Below, piece after piece: positions 54,328 through 63,672 of a stretch of DNA of 64,000 nucleotides. Each line of letters opens with the position of its first letter. Position 1 is the stretch's first letter. The notes under the pieces were generated by a model. That model searched no databases and had not been told where the DNA came from. It saw only the letters and a list, made by a program, of their open reading frames with translations. The position numbers and the translations under genes were made by a program. This stretch comes from an uncultured Bacilli bacterium (GTDB lineage: Bacteria; Bacillota_I; Bacilli_A; RF39; UBA660), in contig CAJTXV010000001.1 in NCBI GenBank assembly GCA_910584255.1, positions 17,130 to 81,129 on the forward strand, given 5' to 3'.

Positions 54328-55140
54328 CTAATTTTCCAAAATTTTTTCTATATCATCTCTAACAACTTTTACAGCATGTCCACCCATTTTAGCAATTTTT
54401 TTATTTTGTTCTAATCCAGAAGGTTTATGAATACTCGCAAGTTCACGAGTCGCAATTTCTCCTAAATCAGTAAGTGCAACTTCGATATTAGACATATTAT
54501 CTCGAAGTGACTCTTTTCTAAGTCCTTTATGCGCCTTATATTCACTTTCCTTCATACCAGACCATTCTTTATATATTTCATTCGTAAGTATTCCATATTC
54601 GAAAGCATTAGAAATAGTACCTTCTTTCCATAAATTTGTTAGTTTATTTCTATCTAGTATTCCTTTTAATTTTGCCTCAATCCATTAGTCAGAATATCCC
54701 TTTTTACGATAATAGTCAATTGCTCTTTTAATAGCAATTTCAGGATCAAATACTTCATCAATTCTTTTAATAGCAATTTCAGGATCAAATACTTCATCAA
54801 TTCTTTCACTACCTAAAGAAGCTAACCACATTTTAAACGATTCTGCTTTAGGTGAGGGAATTGATTCAATAAGTCTTAATATTCCTTTTGTGTCTAAAGT
54901 ATCAGTAAAATAACTTTTTCCATCCTTTTTTGATTTCATTTTCAATTGTACACATTTTGTGGACAACTCACTTTGCTCTTCTTCAGTCATTCTTTTTTTC
55001 ATCATATTCCAATAATTTCTTGATTATTGCTATCAGTTAGAACAGATACTACATCTATTACACTAAAATAATAATCTTCTTTTTCTCTATCCCAAACACT
55101 TCTAATTTCGCTCCCTTCAAATAATCCCACAATTGTTTTT
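54328..55140 (-). pseudogene. Decayed dinD/Bro-N-family gene (DNA-damage-inducible protein D-like): frameshift at an A7 run, 39-bp tandem duplication, in-frame TAA
   Basis: Upstream frame GLFEGSEIRSVWDREKEDYYFSVIDVVSVLTDSNNQEIIGI (Bro-N N-terminal half) shifts at atgatgaaaaaaagaatg into the 106-aa ORF (...GILRLIESIPSPKAESFKMWLA). A TAA stop is then followed in the same frame by WIEAKLKGILDRNKLTNLWKEG... and the 75-aa ORF (...LTDLGEIATRELASIHKPSGLEQNKKIAKMGGHAVKVVRDDIEK), a DinD-like C-terminal region. Confidence 0.55.
54726..54803 (-). repeat. Perfect tandem duplication of a 39-bp unit inside the dinD-like gene
   Basis: ttttaatagcaatttcaggatcaaatacttcatcaattc occurs twice back to back. Encodes the duplicated IDEVFDPEIAIKR. 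Confidence 0.85.
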
Positions 55141-55308
55141 AGTTTTTATTGTCTCACCTTTTATCACTCCCTCTTTCATCTAATATTTGATTATATAATT
55201 AGAGAGTTATCCAAAATTTTATTTTATTTGAACAACTCTCTACTACCTATTTCTTTATTTAATTTTCCAATATAAATTTTATCTATCTGCAACTTATAAT
55301 AAGCAATT

Positions 55309-57501
55309 TTATTCCTTTTCTTTTGTTTCTTTCTTAGATTTTTTTTCGTCTTTTTCTTGTTTCTTAGGTGCTGGCATTACTTGTTTTCTAGAGAAGTTTA
55401 GTCTTCCTCTTTTGTCTAGTCCAAGACATTTTACCACAATTTCATCCCCCAAAGATACGACGTCTCTAACTTCCTTCACACGTTCATGTGCAAGTTCTGA
55501 TACGTGAACTAACCCTTCACATCCTGGCCATACTTGAACAAAACAGCCAAAGTCTTCTATTTTTACAACTTTTGCAGGATAGATTTCTCCTTCTTCTACT
55601 TCACGAACCACTTCTAAAATCATATCTCTCGTCTTATTGATCACTTCTTGATCAGAATGATAAATTACAACTTTTCCATCGTCACCTAAATCTACTTTTA
55701 CAGCATTCATATCAGTAACTGAAGTTACATTCGATGCATCACAGATAATTTTAGTAATCATTTCGCCACCACGACCAATGACATCTTTTACTTTTTCTGG
55801 TTTAATCATAAATATTTCTGTCTTTGGTGCATATTTGCTGACTTCTTTTCTTGGTTCTTTAATTTGTTTTTCTATCGTATCTAAGATTTCGAAGCGTGCT
55901 TTTTTAGCTTGCTCTAATGCTTCTTTTAAGATATCTTTTGTGATTCCTTTAATCTTAATATCCATTTGTAAAGCAGTAATTCCATCTTTGGTTCCTGCAA
56001 CCTTAAAGTCCATATCTCCTAAATGGTCTTCCATTTCTTGGATGTCTGTTAGAATTGTATAGTCATCATCCTTTGTGATTAATCCCATCGCAATTCCTGC
56101 AACTGGAGCTTTGATTGGAACCCCTGCTGCCATTAGACTCATACATCCAGCACAAATGGTCGCTTGGCTACTAGAACCATTACTTTCTAAGATTTCAGAT
56201 ACAATTCGAACTGTATATGGGAATTCTTCTTCCGTTGGCATTACTTGAAGAAGTGCTCTTTCACCTAAAGCACCATGTCCAATTTCACGGCGTCCAGGAG
56301 CTCCATATCTTCCCGTTTCTCCGACTGAGAAGGCTGGGAAATTATAATGTAACATGAATCTTTTTTCAGTTTCCATATCAAGTCCATCTAAGATTTGATG
56401 TTCTCCTAAGGCACCTAAAGTCGTAATTGCCAAGGCTTGAGTTTCCCCTCTTGTAAATAAGGCAGAACCATGTGTTCTTGGAAGTAAATCAATATCTGTT
56501 GATAGTGGTCGAATTTCATCCATTTTTCTTCCATCTGCACGTATTTTTTCTTTTACTACGATTTGACGGAAAATTTCGTATTCAATTTCTTCTAATACTA
56601 GTTTTACCTTTGTTGTTAGTTCTACTAATTCTTTTTCTTTTAAGCTATCCTCATTTTCCTTCGTATATTTTTCAACAATTTCTTCTTTGACTTGATCAAT
56701 CGCAGCATATTTTTCTAACTTATTTTTAATTCTTAGTGCTTGATTTAATTTTTCTTCGGCAATATTTCTTACTTCCTTACGCAATTCATCAGAGATTTCT
56801 AGAACATCATAATCCATTTTCTCTTCGCCAATTTCAGAAATAATCTTCTCTTGGAAAGCAACTAACTCTTTAATTGCTTCATGACCAAACATTAAAGCAT
56901 CTAGCATCAATTCTTCACTGACTTGTTTTGCTCCTGCTTCTACCATATTAATTGCATGTTTGGTACCTGCGACTGTTAAATCTAATTCAGATATTTCTAA
57001 TTCTTCTGGTGTTGGGTTAATGATGAATTCTCCATTTACACGTCCCACTTTTACACCCGCAATTGGACCATCAAATGGAATTTTACTAATACAAGTTGCA
57101 AGGCTTGAGCCAAACATTGCTGTTAATTCGGGTGAATAATCAGGATCAACTGATAGTACTGTATTCACCACTTGAACTTCATTTTTAAAATTTTCAGGAA
57201 ACATCGGTCTCATTGGACGATCAATCATACGAGCAGCCAAAGTTCCTTTTTCAGTAGGACGTCCTTCACGTTTTATAAATCCACCTGGGATTTTTCCAAC
57301 AGCATATAATTTTTCGTTATATAAAACCATTAATGGAAAAAAGTCAGATAGGACATTGGCAGTTTTACTCACAACAACTGTGGATAAAATTACTGTATCA
57401 CCATAACGAACCAAAACTGCTCCATCTGCTTTTTTCGCTACTTCTCCATGTTCAACAACTAATTTTTTCCCCCTAAAATTAAGTTTGTATATTTTTTTCA
57501 T
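55309..57501 (-). CDS. pnp: Polynucleotide phosphorylase (polyribonucleotide nucleotidyltransferase)
   Basis: Two RNase PH-like domains, KH and S1 domains ([20 protein letters not shown]), lysine/glutamate-rich C-terminal tail, 730 aa. Confidence 0.95.
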   Translation of the reverse strand: MKKIYKLNFRGKKLVVEHGEVAKKADGAVLVRYGDTVILSTVVVSKTANVLSDFFPLMVLYNEKLYAVGKIPGGFIKREGRPTEKGTLAARMIDRPMRPMFPENFKNEVQVVNTVLSVDPDYSPELTAMFGSSLATCISKIPFDGPIAGVKVGRVNGEFIINPTPEELEISELDLTVAGTKHAINMVEAGAKQVSEELMLDALMFGHEAIKELVAFQEKIISEIGEEKMDYDVLEISDELRKEVRNIAEEKLNQALRIKNKLEKYAAIDQVKEEIVEKYTKENEDSLKEKELVELTTKVKLVLEEIEYEIFRQIVVKEKIRADGRKMDEIRPLSTDIDLLPRTHGSALFTRGETQALAITTLGALGEHQILDGLDMETEKRFMLHYNFPAFSVGETGRYGAPGRREIGHGALGERALLQVMPTEEEFPYTVRIVSEILESNGSSSQATICAGCMSLMAAGVPIKAPVAGIAMGLITKDDDYTILTDIQEMEDHLGDMDFKVAGTKDGITALQMDIKIKGITKDILKEALEQAKKARFEILDTIEKQIKEPRKEVSKYAPKTEIFMIKPEKVKDVIGRGGEMITKIICDASNVTSVTDMNAVKVDLGDDGKVVIYHSDQEVINKTRDMILEVVREVEEGEIYPAKVVKIEDFGCFVQVWPGCEGLVHVSELAHERVKEVRDVVSLGDEIVVKCLGLDKRGRLNFSRKQVMPAPKKQEKDEKKSKKETKEKE

Positions 57502-57510
57502 TACTTCCTC

Positions 57511-58089
57511 CTATATTTTTTTCACTAAATATTTTAGTGTATCTTCATATTCTTCTTTTACATCCTCTACTGGCCGTTTGTTAAAATCTAATTCCATTGG
57601 AAATGGTAACATTTCTTTTGGAATCAATCCCATCCACTCAGGCATGATTACAGGAATCTCATTTGCTAAAATCCCACAATCAATCTCATTAATTCTTTCC
57701 ATATAAAGCCTTTCATAATAACCAAAGCCAAAGCCAGGAAACTCTAATCCGAAATGATCATAAATTGCTCTATCAATATTCTTTTCCAAAAGACCTACCT
57801 TTGCAATTAACTTTTTAAATGATTCTGTGGCACTTTTAATATAGGTATGTTTAGCATCGTGAAGTAGTAAATAAAGTCCCATTCTTTCATCATATTTTTC
57901 TCTTGCAACTTTTGAACAGTTTAAAGAGTGTTGTGCAAGACTATAAGATGGGAGATTGCTTCCTAGATAACAAGGAGTTTGAGCAAGTAGAAGAGAAATA
58001 TCTTCTAATCGGATATCCTCCTTTTTAATGTTGAAAAGATCAATGCTATTTCCACTTAGTGTAGTAATCATCGTATTTAGATTACTCAT
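57511..58089 (-). CDS. Putative HD-domain metal-dependent phosphohydrolase
   Basis: LLHDAKH motif and a conserved His upstream. 192 aa. Inserted between rpsO and pnp. Confidence 0.4.
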   Translation of the reverse strand: MSNLNTMITTLSGNSIDLFNIKKEDIRLEDISLLLAQTPCYLGSNLPSYSLAQHSLNCSKVAREKYDERMGLYLLLHDAKHTYIKSATESFKKLIAKVGLLEKNIDRAIYDHFGLEFPGFGFGYYERLYMERINEIDCGILANEIPVIMPEWMGLIPKEMLPFPMELDFNKRPVEDVKEEYEDTLKYLVKKI

Positions 58090-58793
58090 ATCATATACTT
58101 CCTATATTCACTTAGTATTTTACTCTTAGGTGCCTCTTTCCCTTTCATTGGAACGATAGATGTAAACGGTTCTATCTTCTCCGTTTGAGTTTTAGAGGAT
58201 GGTACTAATCTTAACTGATCATCTTCCATTACTACAAGTTCCCCTACTTCTGGATAATGATTTCGTTTTATAGTAATAGAATGTTCCATATCTTGAAGGA
58301 ATTCATCTTCATTAATTAATAAGGCTCCTTGTTTAATTAAAACACCTGTAAAAGTCGTATAACAATCTCCGCTCATTAATCCTTGATTTTTGGAATTTAT
58401 AATTTTTTGATCCACAATACTATCTACTCGATAGATATCACCAATAAACAGTGTATCTAAAGATATTCTTTTTTCTCGATCATCTCTATATAATTCTACG
58501 GCTTTTTTTCTTGATATCTCATTTCTATCATCAATATATAAGTTCATATTTCTTGCGATTTTTATCACGCTTTTAGGAATGGCATCTCGATACGAAACTA
58601 ATAAATCCAAATTAATTTCACTTTTGTATACTTCTTTATCACTATCAGTTAAATCTTCAAATTTCATTAAGCTTTTTTGATAGAATAAGGCTTCTTCCCC
58701 ACTATTCTTATATCTTCCTACATATAAATCTCTTATATTTATTTTTAATTCTAAATGTTTATTCATTTTAATTCCCCCAAACTTGTTTTCCAA
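58086..58793 (-). CDS. Hypothetical protein
   Basis: 235-aa ORF overlapping the downstream gene by 4 nt. No recognisable motifs. Confidence 0.4.
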   Translation of the reverse strand: MENKFGGIKMNKHLELKINIRDLYVGRYKNSGEEALFYQKSLMKFEDLTDSDKEVYKSEINLDLLVSYRDAIPKSVIKIARNMNLYIDDRNEISRKKAVELYRDDREKRISLDTLFIGDIYRVDSIVDQKIINSKNQGLMSGDCYTTFTGVLIKQGALLINEDEFLQDMEHSITIKRNHYPEVGELVVMEDDQLRLVPSSKTQTEKIEPFTSIVPMKGKEAPKSKILSEYRKYMI

Positions 58794-58833
58794 TAAAAAA
58801 TAAGAGCACTAAAAAATTAGTGCCCATATTTTA

Positions 58834-59103
58834 TTATTTTCTTAATCCTAAACTTTTTACAACTTCTCTATATCTTTGGACATCTTTTTTAGCTAAGTAA
58901 TTTAACATACTTCTTCTTTGTCCAACTTTTTTAAGAAGTCCACGACGAGAATGATGATCATGTTTGTGTACTTTTAAATGCTCTGTTAACTCTTTAATTT
59001 CTTCTGTTAAAATTGCAATTTGTACCTCTGCAGATCCTGTATCTTTCTCTCCTCTAGCATACTTTTTAACAATCTCTTCTTTTTTCTCTTTTGTTAAAGC
59101 CAT
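58834..59103 (-). CDS. rpsO: 30S ribosomal protein S15
   Basis: 89 aa. Highly conserved S15 sequence ([48 protein letters not shown]). Classic position upstream of pnp. Confidence 0.95.
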   Translation of the reverse strand: MALTKEKKEEIVKKYARGEKDTGSAEVQIAILTEEIKELTEHLKVHKHDHHSRRGLLKKVGQRRSMLNYLAKKDVQRYREVVKSLGLRK

Positions 59104-59279
59104 TTTAATTCCTCCTATTTAAATATTTGCCTTTACCAAGAATTGGTCGGAATTTTTTCCAAGTCCTAGAAAAGGTACGCTTATAATATACTAAAAATTC
59201 AAGAAAAAATCAAGCACTTCTTCACTTTATTTTGCACGGTACCTATACATAGTTCTTGTTTCTACCTGCACATTATCAT

Positions 59280-60427
59280 TTCCAGAGATATTACTATCCT
59301 GTCAATCTCTCCAAGAGCCCCACTTATAAAAATAATAAGTATTATTTTCTCCTGTTTTTTCCTTATAGGTGATTCTGTATGTAAAAGGTTCCATCGCAAC
59401 GATTAAAACTTGATGATTTCCTGTACCATCATAAAGATTCTTAGACACATATGTATTTATAATAAACGTATCTAAGAGTCTATCACTTACTTGCTACATC
59501 ACCGCTTTATTAGAACCACTTGGACAAGCACCTGTAGCCTGTGGTACTGAATAATATGCATTATTCATTTTACAATAAGCATAATGAATATCCCTTTTAA
59601 TTACCTCTTCTGATATAATTTGATAGTTTTTATTACTTTTAAATGAGCTATATTGATTCCAATCGACTGTTGCTATCTTATTTTTAGAATAAACTGCTTC
59701 TGACTTAGAATCATATTGTGTCCAACCAGATAAAGAGGAATTGGTAGATGTTGTTGTTTCTTTATTTCTAGAACGATACTGCGTTTTAGTTTTAATTTCA
59801 TATTTAATATTATTTACATTGCTAGGAAGGGAGACATTCCAACTCGACCAATCGGCTTTTGAAGTTGATTTAGGAGTTGGAGTTGGTTTTACGGTTGCTG
59901 TTGCTTTTGGTGTTGAAGTATTCTTTGGGGCGGTAGTTTCTCTTGAAGTTTCTTCTTCTTTTCCAGTGACCACTGTAATTGTGACAGTACTTCCTTTAGA
60001 AACATTTTTTCCTTTTTCTACTGTATCACTTGACTTTTCAATTAGTTGCTACTTTAATTGCCTCCAATTTCTTAGTTGCATCTTCTAGAGTATCCCCAAC
60101 AACTGGAACCATTTCTGCTTTCTCCATAGAAATATATACTCTAATTGTAACCTCACTATTCTTTTTTACTTTCTTATCAACTGGTTCCTGTTCAAATACA
60201 ATTCCTACTTCCTCTTCTGTTTCTTGCTCTTCTATTTTTACTTTTAAAGACAATTTTTCTAATTCTTTTATAGCCTCTTTCTGATTTTTATCTATCACTG
60301 ATGGAACTGTAACCAGGACTTCCTCTTGTTCTTCTTTTTCTTCATCTAGATTTTCTTCCATCACTTTGGCACCACAACTTGGACAAAATTCTTGATTTTC
60401 TTTAATTTCTTTCCACATTCGATACAA
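59280..60427 (-). pseudogene. Disrupted gene for zinc-ribbon + PASTA-like-domain surface protein with Thr/Pro-rich linker (at least 2 frameshift/stop lesions)
   Basis: The 129-aa ORF (CPSCGAK zinc ribbon; PASTA-like VPSVIDKNQKEAIKELEKLSLKV...) ends ...KLEAIKVATN-TGA. The +1 frame continues LIEKSSDTVEKGKNVSKGSTVTITVVTGKEEE into the 159-aa ORF, and together these read as one continuous PASTA-like fold. After the 159-aa stop a further frame stays open for 59 codons (…NLYDGTGNHQVLIVAMEPFTYRITYKEKTGENNTYYFYKWG). Confidence 0.5.
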
Positions 60428-60624
60428 AAGACTGGGGTATTTTCTTCTACTTCTTCTATTTCCTCGCTAGCTATTTTTGTTCCACACTTCCTTTAGCCCT
60501 AACATCACTGTTAATGTGTTGTACTTCTCTAATACTTCGCAGATACTTACGTGTATAGTAGACTTTCACCACCTAGTCATATGCCATGCCTGGCGCACAA
60601 AAAAGAAAAACCTTTAGGTCTTTC

Positions 60625-63600
60625 TTAATCCTTTTCAACATCTAACTGAACTTCTAAACCATTCAAATTATAAACTTCTCCTTGATTTTTCTTTTCTTCA
60701 ATGGATAATGCCAAAGTTTCATCTTGAATTAGATTTGTATAATTTGAAATTGCTTCTTTAAATTCTTTTGGTCCTTCGTAGTAGATATGAATTCTATCTG
60801 TAATATCAAAGTCTTTATTCTTTCTTAGATTTTGTACTTTGCTGATTAATTCACGTACAATTCCTTCATGTAACAAATCTTCTGTTAAGGTTGTATTTAG
60901 TACAATAAAATTACTTCCTTCATGAGATGCATTGAATCCTTCTTTAGAAGATACTCGAATTTCTACCATTTCTCTAGTGATTTCAAATTCTTCATTCCCT
61001 ACTTCCATTTTAATCGTATCTTCATGGTCAAGGGCTGTAATTTTATCCATATCTAAACTTGCTAATTTTTGACTGAACTCTTTAATATTTGCACCAAATA
61101 ATTTTCCACATATCTTAAAGTTTGGTTTTACTTCATAGTTCATATAATCAGATAAATCTTCTTTGAATATTATATCTTTTACATTTAATTCTTCTTTGAT
61201 TAAATCAATCATATCAGAAATTGTGTTTTCAATTTTTCCATCTAAGATGATTTCTCCAATTGGTTGACGGACTTTAATCTTTGCTTCTTCTCTTGCATTT
61301 CTTCCTAAGGAAATTAAATCTCTTACTAAATCCATTCGATATTCGATATCCTCTCTGATATAGGCTTCATTCCAAGTAGGATAATCGGATAAATGAACAC
61401 TTTCTTCTCCTGTTAGATTGGTATAAATCTCATCTGCAAGAAAAGGTGCAATTGGCGCTACTAGTTTTGTGATACCCACCAATACTTCATAGCTTGTTTG
61501 ATAGACTGCTTTTTTCGAAGTATCTAATTCTCCTTTCCAGAAACGTCTACGATTTCTTCTAATGTACCAATTAGATAGTTCTTCATTTACAAATTGATTG
61601 ATCAAACGAACTGCTTTATTTAAGTCATATTCGTCCATGGCAGAAGTTGTATATTTTACTAGTCTATTGTATTTTGATAACAGCCACCAATCAATTTCTT
61701 CTAAGTCATTATAATTTACTTTACAGTCCTTGACATCAACTTTATCTGTATTGGCATAAAGTTCAAAGAAAGTATAGGTATTTCTTAGCGTATTAAAAAA
61801 TTTAGATTGTACTTCTTTGATTCCATCTTCATCAAACTTTAATGGTGTCCATACTGGAGAAGTTGACAACATATACCATCTAGTTGCATCTGCTCCATAG
61901 GTTTCAATAATAGAAAATGGTTCTACTGCATTTCCTTTCGATTTGTGCATCTTTTGACCGAACTTATCTAAAAGTAAGTCATTGACAAGTACATTCTTAT
62001 AAGGACTGCATCCTTTAATAAAAGTAGAAATTACAATTAATGAATAGAACCACCCACGTGTTTGGTCAATTCCTTCTGAAATAAAGTCTGCTGGAAATTG
62101 TTTTTCAAAGAGTTCTTTATTTTCAAATGGATAATGATACTGTGCAAAAGGCATCGCACCACTATCAAACCAACAATCCATTACGTCTTTGACACGTGAC
62201 ATTTCTTTTCCACATTCTGGACACTTAATATGAATATCGTCTACATAAGGTCTATGTAATTCGATGGTCTCATCTATTTCTTCGATTGATTTTTCTACTA
62301 GTTCACTTCTTGAACCAATCATCTCGTCATGTCCACAACTACATCTCCATAGTGGAATTGGAGTACCCCAGTAACGGTTTCTAGAAATCGCCCAATCATT
62401 CATATTTTCAAGCCAATTTCCAAATCTTTTTTCACCCACATATTCTGGATACCAATGAACCGCATTATTCGCTTCAATAATCTTATCTTTAAAAGCTGTT
62501 GTTTTAATATAAAGACTTGGTTTTGAATAGTAAACGAGTGGTGTTTTGCATCGCCAACAATGTGGATAGTTGTGTTCCATCTTTTGTTTTTTGAAAAGTT
62601 TATCTTCACCCGCTAGATACTTAATAATTTCAACTTCTAACTCAGAGTCTACTACAAGTCTACCTTTCCAAGGACCTTCTGTATAACAACCATTCTCATC
62701 GACTGGATTTAATATTGGTAAATCATATTGTAGTCCTACCTCATAGTCATCTTGTCCAAATGCTGGAGCGATATGAACGATTCCCGTTCCATCTCCCATC
62801 GTAACATAGTCTGCACATGTTACAAAGAAGGCCTTTTTGTTTACTTTTAAAAATGGTAAGAATTGCTCATACTCACGATATTCTAAATCTTTTCCAAGAT
62901 ATTCTTCTACAACTTCAACGTCATCCCCTAGTACTTTATGGGCTAGTTTTTTTGCAACAATGAAATTGTATCCTTTAGACAAACACTTTACATATTTTTC
63001 TTTAGGGTTGACACAAGCTGCTATGTTGGACATTAAAGTCCATGGCGTAGTGGTCCAAATTAGTAAATAAGTGTTCTCTTCCTCTTTCATTTTAAAAGGA
63101 ACTGTTACCGTATTGACACTAATTTCTTTATATCCTTGGGCAACCTCATGAGAAGCAAGTCCTGTTCCACATCTTGGACAGTATGGAAGAATTTTTAATC
63201 CATCGTAAATTAATCCTTCCTCAAAGAATTTCTTTAAAATCCACCATTCTGTTTCAATATAGTTATTATCGTAGGTAATATATGGATGTTCTAAGTCAAT
63301 AAATTGACCCATCTTGTTTGTAAAATCCCGAAATGCTTTTTCGTTTTTCCAAACCGATTCACGACATTTCTCATTAAATTCTTTAATTCCATACTTTTCG
63401 ATATCTGTTTTTCCCTCGAATCCAAGTTCTTTTTCTACTTGAACTTCAACTGGTAATCCATGAGTGTCCCATCCTACTTTACGTAAAACTTTATACCCTT
63501 TCATTGTCTTATATTTACAGATAGAGTCTTTTAAAAGCTTCGCAAGCATATGGTGAATTCCTGGCATTCCATTCCCTATTGTCTGATAAAGATACATTAT

Positions 63601-63672
63601 TTTGAGCGACAGTGGATTCGCTCTTGTTAATTCCATTTTTCTTCGTTTCCTTTCTAGTTTTTGGTAAGTCAT
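60625..63672 (-). CDS. ileS: Isoleucine--tRNA ligase (isoleucyl-tRNA synthetase), long form
   Basis: KMHKSKGN (KMSKS), WDTHGLPVE, a CP1 editing domain and a zinc-binding C-terminus. 1015 aa. The N-terminal region before the HIGH-like segment (NGMPGIHHMLAKLLKD) is unusually short and overlaps another ORF. Confidence 0.85.
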   Translation of the reverse strand: MTYQKLERKRRKMELTRANPLSLKIMYLYQTIGNGMPGIHHMLAKLLKDSICKYKTMKGYKVLRKVGWDTHGLPVEVQVEKELGFEGKTDIEKYGIKEFNEKCRESVWKNEKAFRDFTNKMGQFIDLEHPYITYDNNYIETEWWILKKFFEEGLIYDGLKILPYCPRCGTGLASHEVAQGYKEISVNTVTVPFKMKEEENTYLLIWTTTPWTLMSNIAACVNPKEKYVKCLSKGYNFIVAKKLAHKVLGDDVEVVEEYLGKDLEYREYEQFLPFLKVNKKAFFVTCADYVTMGDGTGIVHIAPAFGQDDYEVGLQYDLPILNPVDENGCYTEGPWKGRLVVDSELEVEIIKYLAGEDKLFKKQKMEHNYPHCWRCKTPLVYYSKPSLYIKTTAFKDKIIEANNAVHWYPEYVGEKRFGNWLENMNDWAISRNRYWGTPIPLWRCSCGHDEMIGSRSELVEKSIEEIDETIELHRPYVDDIHIKCPECGKEMSRVKDVMDCWFDSGAMPFAQYHYPFENKELFEKQFPADFISEGIDQTRGWFYSLIVISTFIKGCSPYKNVLVNDLLLDKFGQKMHKSKGNAVEPFSIIETYGADATRWYMLSTSPVWTPLKFDEDGIKEVQSKFFNTLRNTYTFFELYANTDKVDVKDCKVNYNDLEEIDWWLLSKYNRLVKYTTSAMDEYDLNKAVRLINQFVNEELSNWYIRRNRRRFWKGELDTSKKAVYQTSYEVLVGITKLVAPIAPFLADEIYTNLTGEESVHLSDYPTWNEAYIREDIEYRMDLVRDLISLGRNAREEAKIKVRQPIGEIILDGKIENTISDMIDLIKEELNVKDIIFKEDLSDYMNYEVKPNFKICGKLFGANIKEFSQKLASLDMDKITALDHEDTIKMEVGNEEFEITREMVEIRVSSKEGFNASHEGSNFIVLNTTLTEDLLHEGIVRELISKVQNLRKNKDFDITDRIHIYYEGPKEFKEAISNYTNLIQDETLALSIEEKKNQGEVYNLNGLEVQLDVEKD

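Noticed and set aside
60625-63672. Treating the odd ileS N-terminus (…NGMPGIHHMLAKLL…) as a sequencing frameshift
   Set aside because: The other two reading frames across this segment do not give a more IleS-like HIGH region. The anomaly is better explained by a divergent or truncated N-terminus at the recombinase junction, but this cannot be resolved without alignment to orthologues.
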